From Candidatus Sumerlaeia bacterium (GTDB lineage: Bacteria; Sumerlaeota; Sumerlaeia; SLMS01): DNA of 56,729 nucleotides. The stretch spans positions 1-56,729 of the forward strand of contig JBBQYG010000005.1 of NCBI GenBank assembly GCA_038208905.1, written 5' to 3'. The notes beneath the pieces were generated by a model. It was not told the origin of the DNA. It worked only from the letters and a program-made list of their open reading frames with translations, and did no database searches. A program made the position numbers and the translations under genes. Position 1 is the first letter of the stretch, and each line of letters begins with the position of its first letter. Positions 1-8,328 of the stretch are shown here, piece by piece.

Positions 1-144
1 AGGGAGATGGACCCCGGCAACGGCCCCGGCACGCGCATCCGCATCGCTGTAAGTTTTTGTCTTGCCGGAACTGCGGAGCCCGGAGTCTCGTCGATAGAGC
101 GAGAGCGAGAGGCCCCGCATGACGCTGTTCCCCCGCCGCCCCCC

Positions 145-359
145 TCGAACTCGCGCCGCCACTGCACCAGCGTGGAGCTGTAGAGCCCCTCGCGCCGCAG
201 CAGCGCGCCGATCCCGCCGGTGCCCTGCAGCGCCGCCGCCTCCTCGACCACCGCCAGCTTCTAGGCGCGCGTGAACGTCCGCCGCGTGGCCCGCGGGGCC
301 ACCTCGCCGGACGCGTCCTTCCCCGGTTTCCTGCCGTTCTTCTCGTCCATGTCGGTCAT
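145..359 (-). pseudogene. IS3-family transposase OrfA (HTH) fragment with in-frame stop
   Basis: Translation from ATG 359: MTDMDEKNGRKPGKDASGEVAPRATRRTFTRA*KLAVVEEAAALQGTGGIGALLRREGLYSSTLVQWRREF. RRxF...K...IGALLRREGLYSS.L..WR is the typical OrfA HTH. TAG at 263-261 sits where Tyr is usual. Confidence 0.8.
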
Positions 360-421
360 CGTGCCGTTTCTCCGCCGTGGTCAGTAAACTTCTAGGCCGA
401 GTGTCTCAACCGGTATAGGCA
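145..421 (-). mobile_element. Left-end remnant of an IS3-family insertion sequence (IRL plus truncated orfA)
   Basis: The minus strand starts TGCCTATACCGGTTGAGACAC at 421 (IS3-type TG end), followed by an orfA-like frame. No orfB/DDE region or right end is visible. Confidence 0.7.
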
Positions 422-478
422 GGTAGGGATTTGCCTGAAAGTCATGCAGCTTTCAAATGAAGTGCGGGTCCCCCGAAA

Positions 479-511
479 GTCAATCAGGTCAATAAAGTCA
501 ATCTCGTCCAT
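479..511. repeat. 9-bp-period repeat, family A (GTC[AC]AT-nnn), single arm
   Basis: GTCAATCAG GTCAATAAA GTCAATCTC GTCCAT. Confidence 0.8.
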
Positions 512-541
512 GGGGCCGGGTATAGATCGATATACGCGCCG

Positions 542-2830
542 CTACTTCGCCTGGTAGATCAACAGCGGCCGCGGCGTTGCCCCCGTCAGGGGCAGGTAGG
601 CGTCCCACGGCACGTTGGGGACGAGTTGGCCGCCGGAGCGGTAGTTGGCCTGGATGGCCGACTTCATGTCGGGCGGGAGCCAGTCGTGCTGGACTTCCGC
701 GGTGAGGACGATGTACTTGAAATCCTTGCGCTTGAGGCGGTCGATCAGCGGCTGGGGCGTCATCTTGCCCATGTAGTTGACGTCGCGGATCGAGTCGGCG
801 GATGGGCGGATCGGGATGCCGGCCAAATGGCCGTAGTAGTTCTGGTGGGGGAGGTACACGCCGCCGTCGGCCTCGAGTTCGCGGAGGCGTTCGATCATCA
901 TGGGCCACCACTTGGCGGAGCGCGGATTGGGGAGCTGGCGCCCCCAAGTGACCAGGGGGGCGGTCTCGCCGTCCACGGGCTCGACGCGGGGATCGGGCTC
1001 GCGGGAGATCAGCCCGTCGCTGGCCCACGCGGGCATCGTGGCGAGTTGGGTGGGCCTTCGCGTGGTGACCTCGGCGCTGGCCCAGGGGTGCTTGTCCTTT
1101 GCCCACTTCTGCGCGGGCTCCCGAGTGCCATACCATGTGGGAAGCAGCACGGCGAGCACGGCGATGGCGGCAAGCACGGAGCCGAAGGAGCGCATCGGCC
1201 GCTCCAGCGCGCGGAACAGCCACGCGACGGCCACGCCAAACACAACGGCCTCCACGGCGAACAGCGGGAAGTAATTGTTCACATAGCCGCCCAGCTTGAC
1301 CTTGGTGACGGCGGCGACGAACTGCGCCACGAGGAGCGCGCCGAGCCATGCGGCCCCGCGGGGGAACGCGCCGTACTGGAGCCACCGCACGACCCACAAC
1401 GCGAGCCCGCCCATCGTGGCCGCCACAGCCCACTTGATCATCGCGGGCCACGTGGCGCACACAAACAGCAGCGCGCCCAGCGAGGAAGGGCTCGATGGCT
1501 GGGCCGCGGCCTCGCCGCTCTGGCTCATCAGCCAGCGGCCAACCAGGCTCGTCACCGCCGCGCCCAGCAGCAGCGTCAGCGGCGCCGTCCACCACGGCTT
1601 CCACCGCCGGAACGTCGCCGACGCCCACAGCGCCGCCGCCGGCAGCCACGGCAGAAACAGGAAGTACTGCCAGAGTTCCTGATACCCCTCCGTCGCGATC
1701 GTGGTGAAAAAGATCGGGTGGCTGCGCCCCACGTTGTACAGATAGAAGCCCACGTCGCCCAGATTCCCCCGCGCGACGAAGTATCCCACAACCACCAGCA
1801 GGAAGATGCAGGGCGCGGCGAGAAACAGGATCGCGGCGGGGCGGCGAAATGGCTCCGACCGGAGAGAGAACACCCTCACGATCTCGGCCTGGCTGGCAAG
1901 CTGCGCCACGGAGATCGCCAGCCTCAGCAGCAGCGCGAGGAACGGCAGGAACACCGCGGTCTGCTTGCTGAAATGCGCCGCCACCATCAACGCCACGCCC
2001 AGAATCAGGCTGGGAATTCCGCCACGCCGCCTCAGGATGAACCACGTCGCCCACATCGCCATCGCATAGGCGAATGAATCCACGCGGTTCAAGTCGAACC
2101 AAAATCCGCCGACCTTGAAGAACGCCGGATACAACAGCGCCCCCGCGATTCCCGCAAACCACGACCGGGTCAGGTCCCTCACGATGAACACCACCGCCGC
2201 CATCAGCGCCAGCGTCGCCATCAGCGACACAAACCGCCCCACCGCCAGCATGTTGCCGCCCACGATCCCCTGAAGCTCCGCCACGACGATCTGATAGAGC
2301 GGCGGATACAGATGCGGAACGTAGTCGCCCTTCTCATACGGCGGATACAGATGGCCGAGCGAGCGCTGCTCCTGCCACCGGACGGAGTAGATGGCGACCT
2401 CGCCCTCCAGCCACTCGTGCTCGAAGGGAGACGTCATGCGGTTGAGCGCGATGTAGAGAAAGCTGAACGCCGGGATCAGCAGAAAGCCGAGCACCGCGAG
2501 ACGCGCGGCGATGGAGACGACCTTTCCCAAGGGGCCGGGTCGCCGCGCGGGAACATCCGCGCGCTCCGCCTCGTCCTCGAGTTCATCGGGCGTCGGGTTT
2601 TCGCGCTTCTCCATGAACTCGCGAATGCCCATGCCCACGGGCGGCGGGGGGGTCGGCGGGATCGGCTCTGGCTCGGGGGGCTCCACCGGCGCCAATTCGT
2701 CCGGCGGCAACGGCTCCGGATCAAGCTCGCGATATACGGGCGCTGGAAACCAACCGCCTTCGGGGCCCGGCTGGGGCCCGGGGTCCTCCCGTGAGGGGTC
2801 TTCTCTATCCTCGGGGGGAGGCGCAGACAT
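542..2830 (-). CDS. GT-C fold (ArnT/PMT-like) multi-pass membrane glycosyltransferase with Pro/acidic N-terminal extension
   Basis: Many TM segments; acidic first loop EHEWLEGE, YPPLYQ, RVDSF and FSKQT motifs. Start moved to ATG 2830 (MSAPPPED) because the ORF-track extension reads through repeat DNA and the opposite-strand gene. Confidence 0.75.
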   Translation of the reverse strand: MSAPPPEDREDPSREDPGPQPGPEGGWFPAPVYRELDPEPLPPDELAPVEPPEPEPIPPTPPPPVGMGIREFMEKRENPTPDELEDEAERADVPARRPGPLGKVVSIAARLAVLGFLLIPAFSFLYIALNRMTSPFEHEWLEGEVAIYSVRWQEQRSLGHLYPPYEKGDYVPHLYPPLYQIVVAELQGIVGGNMLAVGRFVSLMATLALMAAVVFIVRDLTRSWFAGIAGALLYPAFFKVGGFWFDLNRVDSFAYAMAMWATWFILRRRGGIPSLILGVALMVAAHFSKQTAVFLPFLALLLRLAISVAQLASQAEIVRVFSLRSEPFRRPAAILFLAAPCIFLLVVVGYFVARGNLGDVGFYLYNVGRSHPIFFTTIATEGYQELWQYFLFLPWLPAAALWASATFRRWKPWWTAPLTLLLGAAVTSLVGRWLMSQSGEAAAQPSSPSSLGALLFVCATWPAMIKWAVAATMGGLALWVVRWLQYGAFPRGAAWLGALLVAQFVAAVTKVKLGGYVNNYFPLFAVEAVVFGVAVAWLFRALERPMRSFGSVLAAIAVLAVLLPTWYGTREPAQKWAKDKHPWASAEVTTRRPTQLATMPAWASDGLISREPDPRVEPVDGETAPLVTWGRQLPNPRSAKWWPMMIERLRELEADGGVYLPHQNYYGHLAGIPIRPSADSIRDVNYMGKMTPQPLIDRLKRKDFKYIVLTAEVQHDWLPPDMKSAIQANYRSGGQLVPNVPWDAYLPLTGATPRPLLIYQAK

Positions 2831-2941
2831 CGGGTGGCGGGTTGGCTCCTGCGGGTTTCCGGGGGGCAGACGCTTGGGACGCGTGAATGACGGCCATCGG
2901 GCGGATGCTGTCAAGTGAAGGGGGCGCCACCCACCCCCAAA

Positions 2942-3015
2942 CTCCCGCCGTCCCCCTGTCCCTCCCGCCGTTTCCGCCTTTCCCGTTTTTCCCGTAGTTC
3001 CCGTCGTTCCCCCTT
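2942..3015. repeat. 9-bp-period repeat, family B (TTCCCG-nnn), pyrimidine arm
   Basis: CTCCCGCCG TTTCCGCCT TTCCCGTTT TTCCCGTAG TTCCCGTCG TTCCCCCTT. Confidence 0.8.
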
Positions 3016-3048
3016 TTCTCCTAAACCAAGCTGCTGCACACTGACGCC

Positions 3049-3651
3049 ATGCTCCCTCGATACACGGGAATCCTGCTCTCCGCCGGCGAATCTCGCCGCA
3101 TGGGGCGCCCCAAGGCCTTGCTAACGCTGGGCGGGCGTACGTTTTTCCGCGAGGCGTGCGAGGCGATGCGGGCGGCGGGGCTGGCAACCCGGGTGGCGGT
3201 GGTGCCGCCGGGGCTGGCGGAGGAGCTTCGCGCCGACGCGGCCGGGGCAGATCTGTTGGCCAACGGCGAGCCGGAACGCGGGCAGATTCATTCGCTGAAG
3301 ATGGGGCTCGCGTGGATCATCGCGGGCGGGTCGCCCGCGCAACCCTTGGATGGCGCCTTCGTGCTGCTGGTGGACAACCCCGGGGACTTAACGGATCGGC
3401 TGCGGATTGTGGCGGAGGCGGTGGCTCGGGATCCCGGGCTTGTCTATACGGCGTCGCATGGGGGTGAGCCGGGGCACCCGCTGTGGCTGCCGGCGCGGCT
3501 GTGGGCCCGGCTGCTGGATTGGGACGGCCCCGGGGGAACGCGCGGCTTTCTGGAGGCGCGCGGGGAGCCGGTCACCGCCGTCGAGACCGCCTTCCCCAGC
3601 GCGCTGCACGACATCGACACGCCCGGGGACTACAGCGGCTTGCCGGGCTGA
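3049..3651 (+). CDS. MobA/MocA-like nucleotidyltransferase (NTP_transf_3; molybdenum cofactor cytidylyltransferase-like)
   Basis: LLSAGESRRMGRPKALL, GQIHSL, LVDNP, GHP and DIDTPGDY motifs. Confidence 0.85.
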   Translation: MLPRYTGILLSAGESRRMGRPKALLTLGGRTFFREACEAMRAAGLATRVAVVPPGLAEELRADAAGADLLANGEPERGQIHSLKMGLAWIIAGGSPAQPLDGAFVLLVDNPGDLTDRLRIVAEAVARDPGLVYTASHGGEPGHPLWLPARLWARLLDWDGPGGTRGFLEARGEPVTAVETAFPSALHDIDTPGDYSGLPG

Positions 3652-4970
3652 ATCGGGATCAGCCCCTCCACCGCGGGAAACGCGAGCCCGCCTTTGTCGA
3701 GGCCGGAGTACGTGTCCCTCGGCGCCAGGCCCTGCCACATATCCGCGGAGGGCATCAGGAAGACCTCCGCGTAGATACGCGAAGTGAACGCCTGATAGGA
3801 GCCAACATCCCCCTCGGCAAACCAGCGATGGATGCGCGGGTGGAGTTCGTACTCGTTGAGGGCGGTATCGGCGGAGAGCGTTCGCTCGAAGTTCCGGGTG
3901 AGGCGAGCCAGGGGATCCTCCACGAGCACCTTGCTCAGGGCGAGACGCATGGCGGCGTCGGGATCGCCGGCCTGCTTCGCGGCGATCACGCGGCGGGAGC
4001 CCTGGTCGATCTGCTCCACCGTGCCCAGCCGCTCAGCCAAGGCTTCCCAGTCGCCCACCAACTCGTCGGTCGGCGCGCCAGAAGGGTCCTTGGTGCCCAC
4101 GGCGCGGAAGGACGGCGATTCCGCTATGGACTTGGCGAAGCTGAAAAGGGGCTGCGTGGTGGCCGCTGCGGCCCGGGCCGACTGGTAGCGCGCGGCGGCG
4201 AGCTTGGTTGCGAGTTCATCCGCCCGCTTGCCATGCCACGCGGTCAGCTTCTCCCGCCGCTCGCCGTCGGTTGCCGCATCGCCGCATTCCACGGCGAGGA
4301 CGCGGGCTTCCTCCAGCACGCGCAGGAACGTCGTGGGACCATACAGCCCCGGGAGCGCGTCCACCGGGCGACCGTGCTTGTCCAGGACCAAGTGGGCGCT
4401 GTTGCCGGTGATGGTGCGCTCCAGCGTGCGCCCGTCGCCGAAGTCGATCGTGATCAACGGCACCGGGCGGACGGTGTCCCAGATCAGGACGAAGTTGTCG
4501 CGAAGGTAGGTCGATACCTCTGTGTTCGCATAGAGCGCCGTGCGGAAGAAGCGGCTGTTGGCGCAGGAGAGATCGTCGGTCAGCTTGCCCAGCATCTGGA
4601 GCGAGAGGATCGGCCTGCCGGTGCGCTGTGCCTCCGCGATGGCGGCCTCGTCGCTGCTGTACCAGTACAGGTGCGACGACCACGCATCGCGCTGGCCGGC
4701 CACGCGGTCATAGGCGGCGCGGAGATCATCGGCCTCCGGACCGGCGACGTCGGTAGGCGACGGAACCTCTCCGTGGGCCGCGCGGAAGGCGTCGAGGGCG
4801 GCTGGCCCCATCGCGCGCAGCTGCTCCGCGGCCGCGTCCTGAACGAGAGCCATCCGCGCCAGTTCGATATCCGCGCTGGCGGGTGGCTCGGCGGCCCAGC
4901 CACTCGGCGCAACGGCGAGCAGGGCCACCAACAAGGCGGCACGGGAAACGGTCCTGAGTTTAAGCGTCAT
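3630..4970 (-). CDS. Secreted protein with thioredoxin-like domain (SCxxS motif)
   Basis: Signal peptide MTLKLRTVSRAALLVALLAVAPSGWA; core AEAQRTGRPILSLQMLGKLTDDLSCANSRFFR...LRDNFVLIW; GGAGG-like SD upstream. Confidence 0.7.
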   Translation of the reverse strand: MTLKLRTVSRAALLVALLAVAPSGWAAEPPASADIELARMALVQDAAAEQLRAMGPAALDAFRAAHGEVPSPTDVAGPEADDLRAAYDRVAGQRDAWSSHLYWYSSDEAAIAEAQRTGRPILSLQMLGKLTDDLSCANSRFFRTALYANTEVSTYLRDNFVLIWDTVRPVPLITIDFGDGRTLERTITGNSAHLVLDKHGRPVDALPGLYGPTTFLRVLEEARVLAVECGDAATDGERREKLTAWHGKRADELATKLAAARYQSARAAAATTQPLFSFAKSIAESPSFRAVGTKDPSGAPTDELVGDWEALAERLGTVEQIDQGSRRVIAAKQAGDPDAAMRLALSKVLVEDPLARLTRNFERTLSADTALNEYELHPRIHRWFAEGDVGSYQAFTSRIYAEVFLMPSADMWQGLAPRDTYSGLDKGGLAFPAVEGLIPIQPGKPL

Positions 4971-5094
4971 GGGAGTTCTCCTCCGGTGAATTGCCAGAAC
5001 GCTGCACCAGAACTTCCCGGAAGTGGGTAACGGGTTTGTAACAGGCGAAGGGGAGGGAGACCGGGGTAGGTCGTTCGAAAGTCAAAAGAAGCGA

Positions 5095-5226
5095 TTCACC
5101 ACTGAGGACACAGAGGCCACGGAGGAAAAGCGAAAGGCTCCACAGATGGCGGAGATTTCACAGATTCTACCGGCAATTTTTCCGAATCATTCTTGGCTCC
5201 GTGCTCTCCGTGAACTGGGTGGTGAA
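5095..5226. repeat. Inverted-repeat element built of 9-bp CAC[AG]GAG units (family C)
   Basis: Left arm TTCACCACTGAGGACACAGAGGCCACGGAG (5095-5124); right arm CTCCGTGCTCTCCGTGAACTGGGTGGTGAA (5197-5226); CACAGAT-type units in the loop. Confidence 0.75.
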
Positions 5227-5522
5227 CGCCCTTTTTTTGTCGGATTGGCCATGAAGAATCGACTTTGAATACGGCAGCGGAGGAGTGTGTTGGAGTCGCT
5301 TTACAACCGCCGTATAGAAAGCGGCCTGAGGATCGCCATTTCCCCCTGATTTGGCTGGGACCAACCTTGGCAACATCAATGCCCGGCCAAATGAGGCGAG
5401 TTTGCCCCGCCCCAGTGACCGTTTACGCCCCCTTCCCCCTTGCGGCCCGGAACATGCATCCTTTCATTGAGGCCCGTCTTCGGACCCTGCCAATACCCCC
5501 TTCTGCGGACCCACCAATCATC

Positions 5523-7112
5523 ATGACAGAAAAGATTCTCGTTAGTGACAAGATCTCCGAGGACGGCCTTGAAGTCTTCCGCCGCGCCGGATTCCACGTC
5601 GATCACCTCCCCGAAATCACCCAGGACCAGATCCGCGAGCAGATCGGCCAGTATACCGGCTGGGTCATCCGCAGCCGCAGCCGCGCCACCGCCGACATCA
5701 TCGAGAAGGCCGACAAGCTCCGCGTGATCGGCCGCGCCGGCGTCGGGGTGGACAACGTGGATACCGTCGCCGCGACCCGCAAGGGCATTATCGTGATGAA
5801 CACGCCGGGCGGCAACACGACCTCCACGGCGGAGCACACGGTCTCCATGATGCTCGCCATCGCCCGCCTGATTCCCCAGGCCGACGCCTCCATGAAGGCC
5901 GGCCAGTGGGACAAGAAGTCCTTCAACGGCGTGGAGTTCAGCGGCAAGGTGCTCGGCATCATGGGCCTTGGCCGCATCGGCCAGGAAGTCGCCAAGCGCC
6001 TCAAGTCCTTCGACATGCACATCCTCGGCTACGACCCCTTCCTCTCCCACGACCGCATGCGCCAGCTCGGCGTTGAGGCCTGCACGGTGGACGAGATCTG
6101 CCAGCGCGCCGACTTCATCACCGTCCACACGCCGCTTTCACCCGAGACCAAGGACCTGATCGGCGCGGCCCAGTTTGCCATGATGAAGAAGTCCACCCGC
6201 GTCGTGAACTGCGCCCGCGGCGGCATCATCAACGAGGAGGCACTGCTCGAGGCGCTCCAGACCAAGAAGATCGCCGGCGCCGCGCTGGACGTGTTCACGG
6301 TGGAGCCCATCGCCGCCGACCACCCCTTCCGCAAGCTGAGCAACATCGTCATCACGCCCCACATCGCGGCCAGCACCACGGAGGCCCAGGAGAACGTGGC
6401 CATCCAGGTGGCGGAGCAAATCGCCGAGATGCTCAAGGGCGGCGCCGTCCGCAACGCCCTCAACGTCCCGTCGGTCGATCCCGAGATGCTGCCGACCCTT
6501 GGGCCATTCATGATGCTGGCGGAAAAGCTGGGGCGCTTTGTTTCCCAGTACCGCCGCGGCCGCGTGACCAGGCTCACGGTCAGGTTCAGTGGCACGATCC
6601 TGGACTACCCGCTCGGTCCCGTGACCACCGCGGTGATCAAGGGCTTCCTCGACCGCGTCTCGGACTTCCCCGTGAACTTCGTCAACGCCCACCAGATCCT
6701 CAAGGACCGCGGCGTGGAGCTTGTGGAGACGCGCCACAGCGAGGTGTTCCAGTACACCAACCTGATCACCGTCGAGGTGGAGAAGGAAGGCGGAGAGAAG
6801 ACCCGCGTCTCCGGCACACTCTTCACAACCTCCCACCCCCGCATCGTGATCTTTGGCGACAAGCACGTGAACGCCATCCCCGAGGGGAACCTGATCGTCA
6901 TCGAGAACGAGGACGTCCCCGGCATCATCGGCGCCGTCGGCACGGTCTTTGGAAACAACGCGGTCAACATCGGCCAGATGACCTGGGGCCGTAAGTCGGA
7001 GGACAAGATGGCGATGACGATCATCAACATCGACTCGCCGGTTGCCGATTCCGTGATCGAGCAGCTCGCCGCGCTGAAGAACGTCAAGAGCGTGGACCTC
7101 ATCGTCCTCTGA
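5523..7112 (+). CDS. serA: D-3-phosphoglycerate dehydrogenase (long form with ASB and ACT domains)
   Basis: GRAGVGVDNVD, NTPGGNTTSTAEH, GLGRIG, CARGGII and TPHIAAST motifs; C-terminal ACT (DVPGIIG...NIGQM); start ATG 5523. Confidence 0.95.
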   Translation: MTEKILVSDKISEDGLEVFRRAGFHVDHLPEITQDQIREQIGQYTGWVIRSRSRATADIIEKADKLRVIGRAGVGVDNVDTVAATRKGIIVMNTPGGNTTSTAEHTVSMMLAIARLIPQADASMKAGQWDKKSFNGVEFSGKVLGIMGLGRIGQEVAKRLKSFDMHILGYDPFLSHDRMRQLGVEACTVDEICQRADFITVHTPLSPETKDLIGAAQFAMMKKSTRVVNCARGGIINEEALLEALQTKKIAGAALDVFTVEPIAADHPFRKLSNIVITPHIAASTTEAQENVAIQVAEQIAEMLKGGAVRNALNVPSVDPEMLPTLGPFMMLAEKLGRFVSQYRRGRVTRLTVRFSGTILDYPLGPVTTAVIKGFLDRVSDFPVNFVNAHQILKDRGVELVETRHSEVFQYTNLITVEVEKEGGEKTRVSGTLFTTSHPRIVIFGDKHVNAIPEGNLIVIENEDVPGIIGAVGTVFGNNAVNIGQMTWGRKSEDKMAMTIINIDSPVADSVIEQLAALKNVKSVDLIVL

Positions 7113-7137
7113 TCCGGCCCTTTTCCGCGATCCCCCT

Positions 7138-7170
7138 TCCCCCCGGTCGCTGGCCGGGGGGATTTTTTTT
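7138..7170 (+). terminator. Intrinsic terminator after serA
   Basis: GC stem TCCCCCCGGTC...GGCCGGGGGGA followed by T8. Confidence 0.85.
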
Positions 7171-7188
7171 CTCAAGAGGATTTGACTC

Positions 7189-8040
7189 ATGGCTCGGTTC
7201 GCCGTCGCATTGCTCATCGCCATCGCACCGGTGGCGTCCCTCGCCGAGCCCTTTCCCCCGGGCCTCGCGGCGACGCAGATCGGCGGCGCACTGAGCGTGG
7301 ACTTCGAGCCCAGCGGCGCCGCATGGAATCCCGCGACGCACAAGCTCTTCCTCTGCGGAGACAACGGCGCCATCGCCCGCATGAACGCCGACGGCACGGC
7401 GACGACGAACTGGGAGCTGGCGGGCGATTGGGAGGGCCTCGCCATCGCCGACCCGCTCTCCACCCTGATCTATCTGGTGAATGAGCGCACCGCCGCGATT
7501 CAGGAGTTCGACACCGCGAGCGGCACGGCGACGCGCGAGTTCAACCTGACCGCCGCCGCCGGTCTCACGAATGCCGACCGCGCGGCGCTGGTGGACGACG
7601 GCGATGGCAATGGCGCGGAGGCCCTGACCTTCGTCCCGATCGCGGGAGATCCCGAGGGCGGCCAGTTCTATGTCGGCTCCCAGGAGAACGGCACCATCTA
7701 TCGCTTTCGGCTGACGCTCTCGGGCGGCGTGGGAGTTGCCTACCTCGGCAAGTTCAAGACATGGCCCGCCAACAACAACGACCTTGCAAGCCTCGAATAC
7801 GACTGGCGCGGCAACCGCATCCTCGCGATGTGGGATGGGCAGGACACGATCCGCGCCATCTCCACCACCGGCACCATCCTCCGCACGTGGGACGTCCCCG
7901 CGGACAGCAACGACGAGGAGGCCCTTGCCTACACCGGCACCGCCCTCTTCATCGGCCGCGACCCCGCGCCGCAGAGCGAGGTCTGGCGCTACGACGGATT
8001 CAGGATCGACGCGGCGGAGAGCGATTGGGCGCTGTACTGA
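7189..8040 (+). CDS. Secreted beta-propeller protein (SdiA-regulated/YjiK-like)
   Basis: Signal peptide; blade motifs EPSGAAW, DWEGLA, GAEALTF, DLASLEY, DEEALAY; ends DAAESDWALY. Confidence 0.75.
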   Translation: MARFAVALLIAIAPVASLAEPFPPGLAATQIGGALSVDFEPSGAAWNPATHKLFLCGDNGAIARMNADGTATTNWELAGDWEGLAIADPLSTLIYLVNERTAAIQEFDTASGTATREFNLTAAAGLTNADRAALVDDGDGNGAEALTFVPIAGDPEGGQFYVGSQENGTIYRFRLTLSGGVGVAYLGKFKTWPANNNDLASLEYDWRGNRILAMWDGQDTIRAISTTGTILRTWDVPADSNDEEALAYTGTALFIGRDPAPQSEVWRYDGFRIDAAESDWALY

Positions 8041-8103
8041 GGGACGGTGGTGGAACCGCACCTTCTCGCCCCAAAATCATCCCTCCGGCCAAGCCCTTCC
8101 AAT

Positions 8104-8165
8104 GTAGCTTGGGCGTCTCGCCCGAGCCCCGTCGCCCCCACACGCGGGCAAGATGCCCACGATAC
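8104..8165. repeat. GTAG-type REP doublet (REPIN-like)
   Basis: GTAGCTTGGGCGTCTCGCCCGAG ... CGCGGGCAAGATGCCCACGATAC, an inverted pair in which each arm is itself a hairpin. Confidence 0.75.
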
Positions 8166-8224
8166 TCTTTTACAGCGTCCTCCATCGCGACAAGACTTTC
8201 GAGAACCGCTCTATACACACCAAC

Positions 8225-8280
8225 CCCCGGGTTCCGCTTACGGCTTCACCCGGGGCTATCCTAGTGACGCCCTCCGGGCT
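8225..8280. repeat. Second REP-like class (CCCCGG...CCGGGGCTA hairpin plus small hairpin)
   Basis: CCCCGGGTTCCGCTTACGGCTTCACCCGGGGCTA...GCCCTCCGGGC; same layout as 19807-19854. Confidence 0.6.
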
Positions 8281-8328
8281 GGTTTCGGTTGATCGGAAAT
8301 CGGAGGGGGGGCGGCGCCACCCTCCTAC

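Noticed and set aside
261-263. In-frame TAG as recoding (pyrrolysine or readthrough)
   Set aside because: The element is also truncated, TAG is used as a normal stop elsewhere in the window, and a single TAC>TAG change explains it
2831-3187. N-terminal extensions in the ORF track with tripeptide periodicity (GTTGTTGKTGKAET; FPAVPAVSVFPAFP at 44116; PAFPVFPALSPF near 14200)
   Set aside because: These are translations of the 9-bp intergenic repeats; better starts with SD or homology lie downstream
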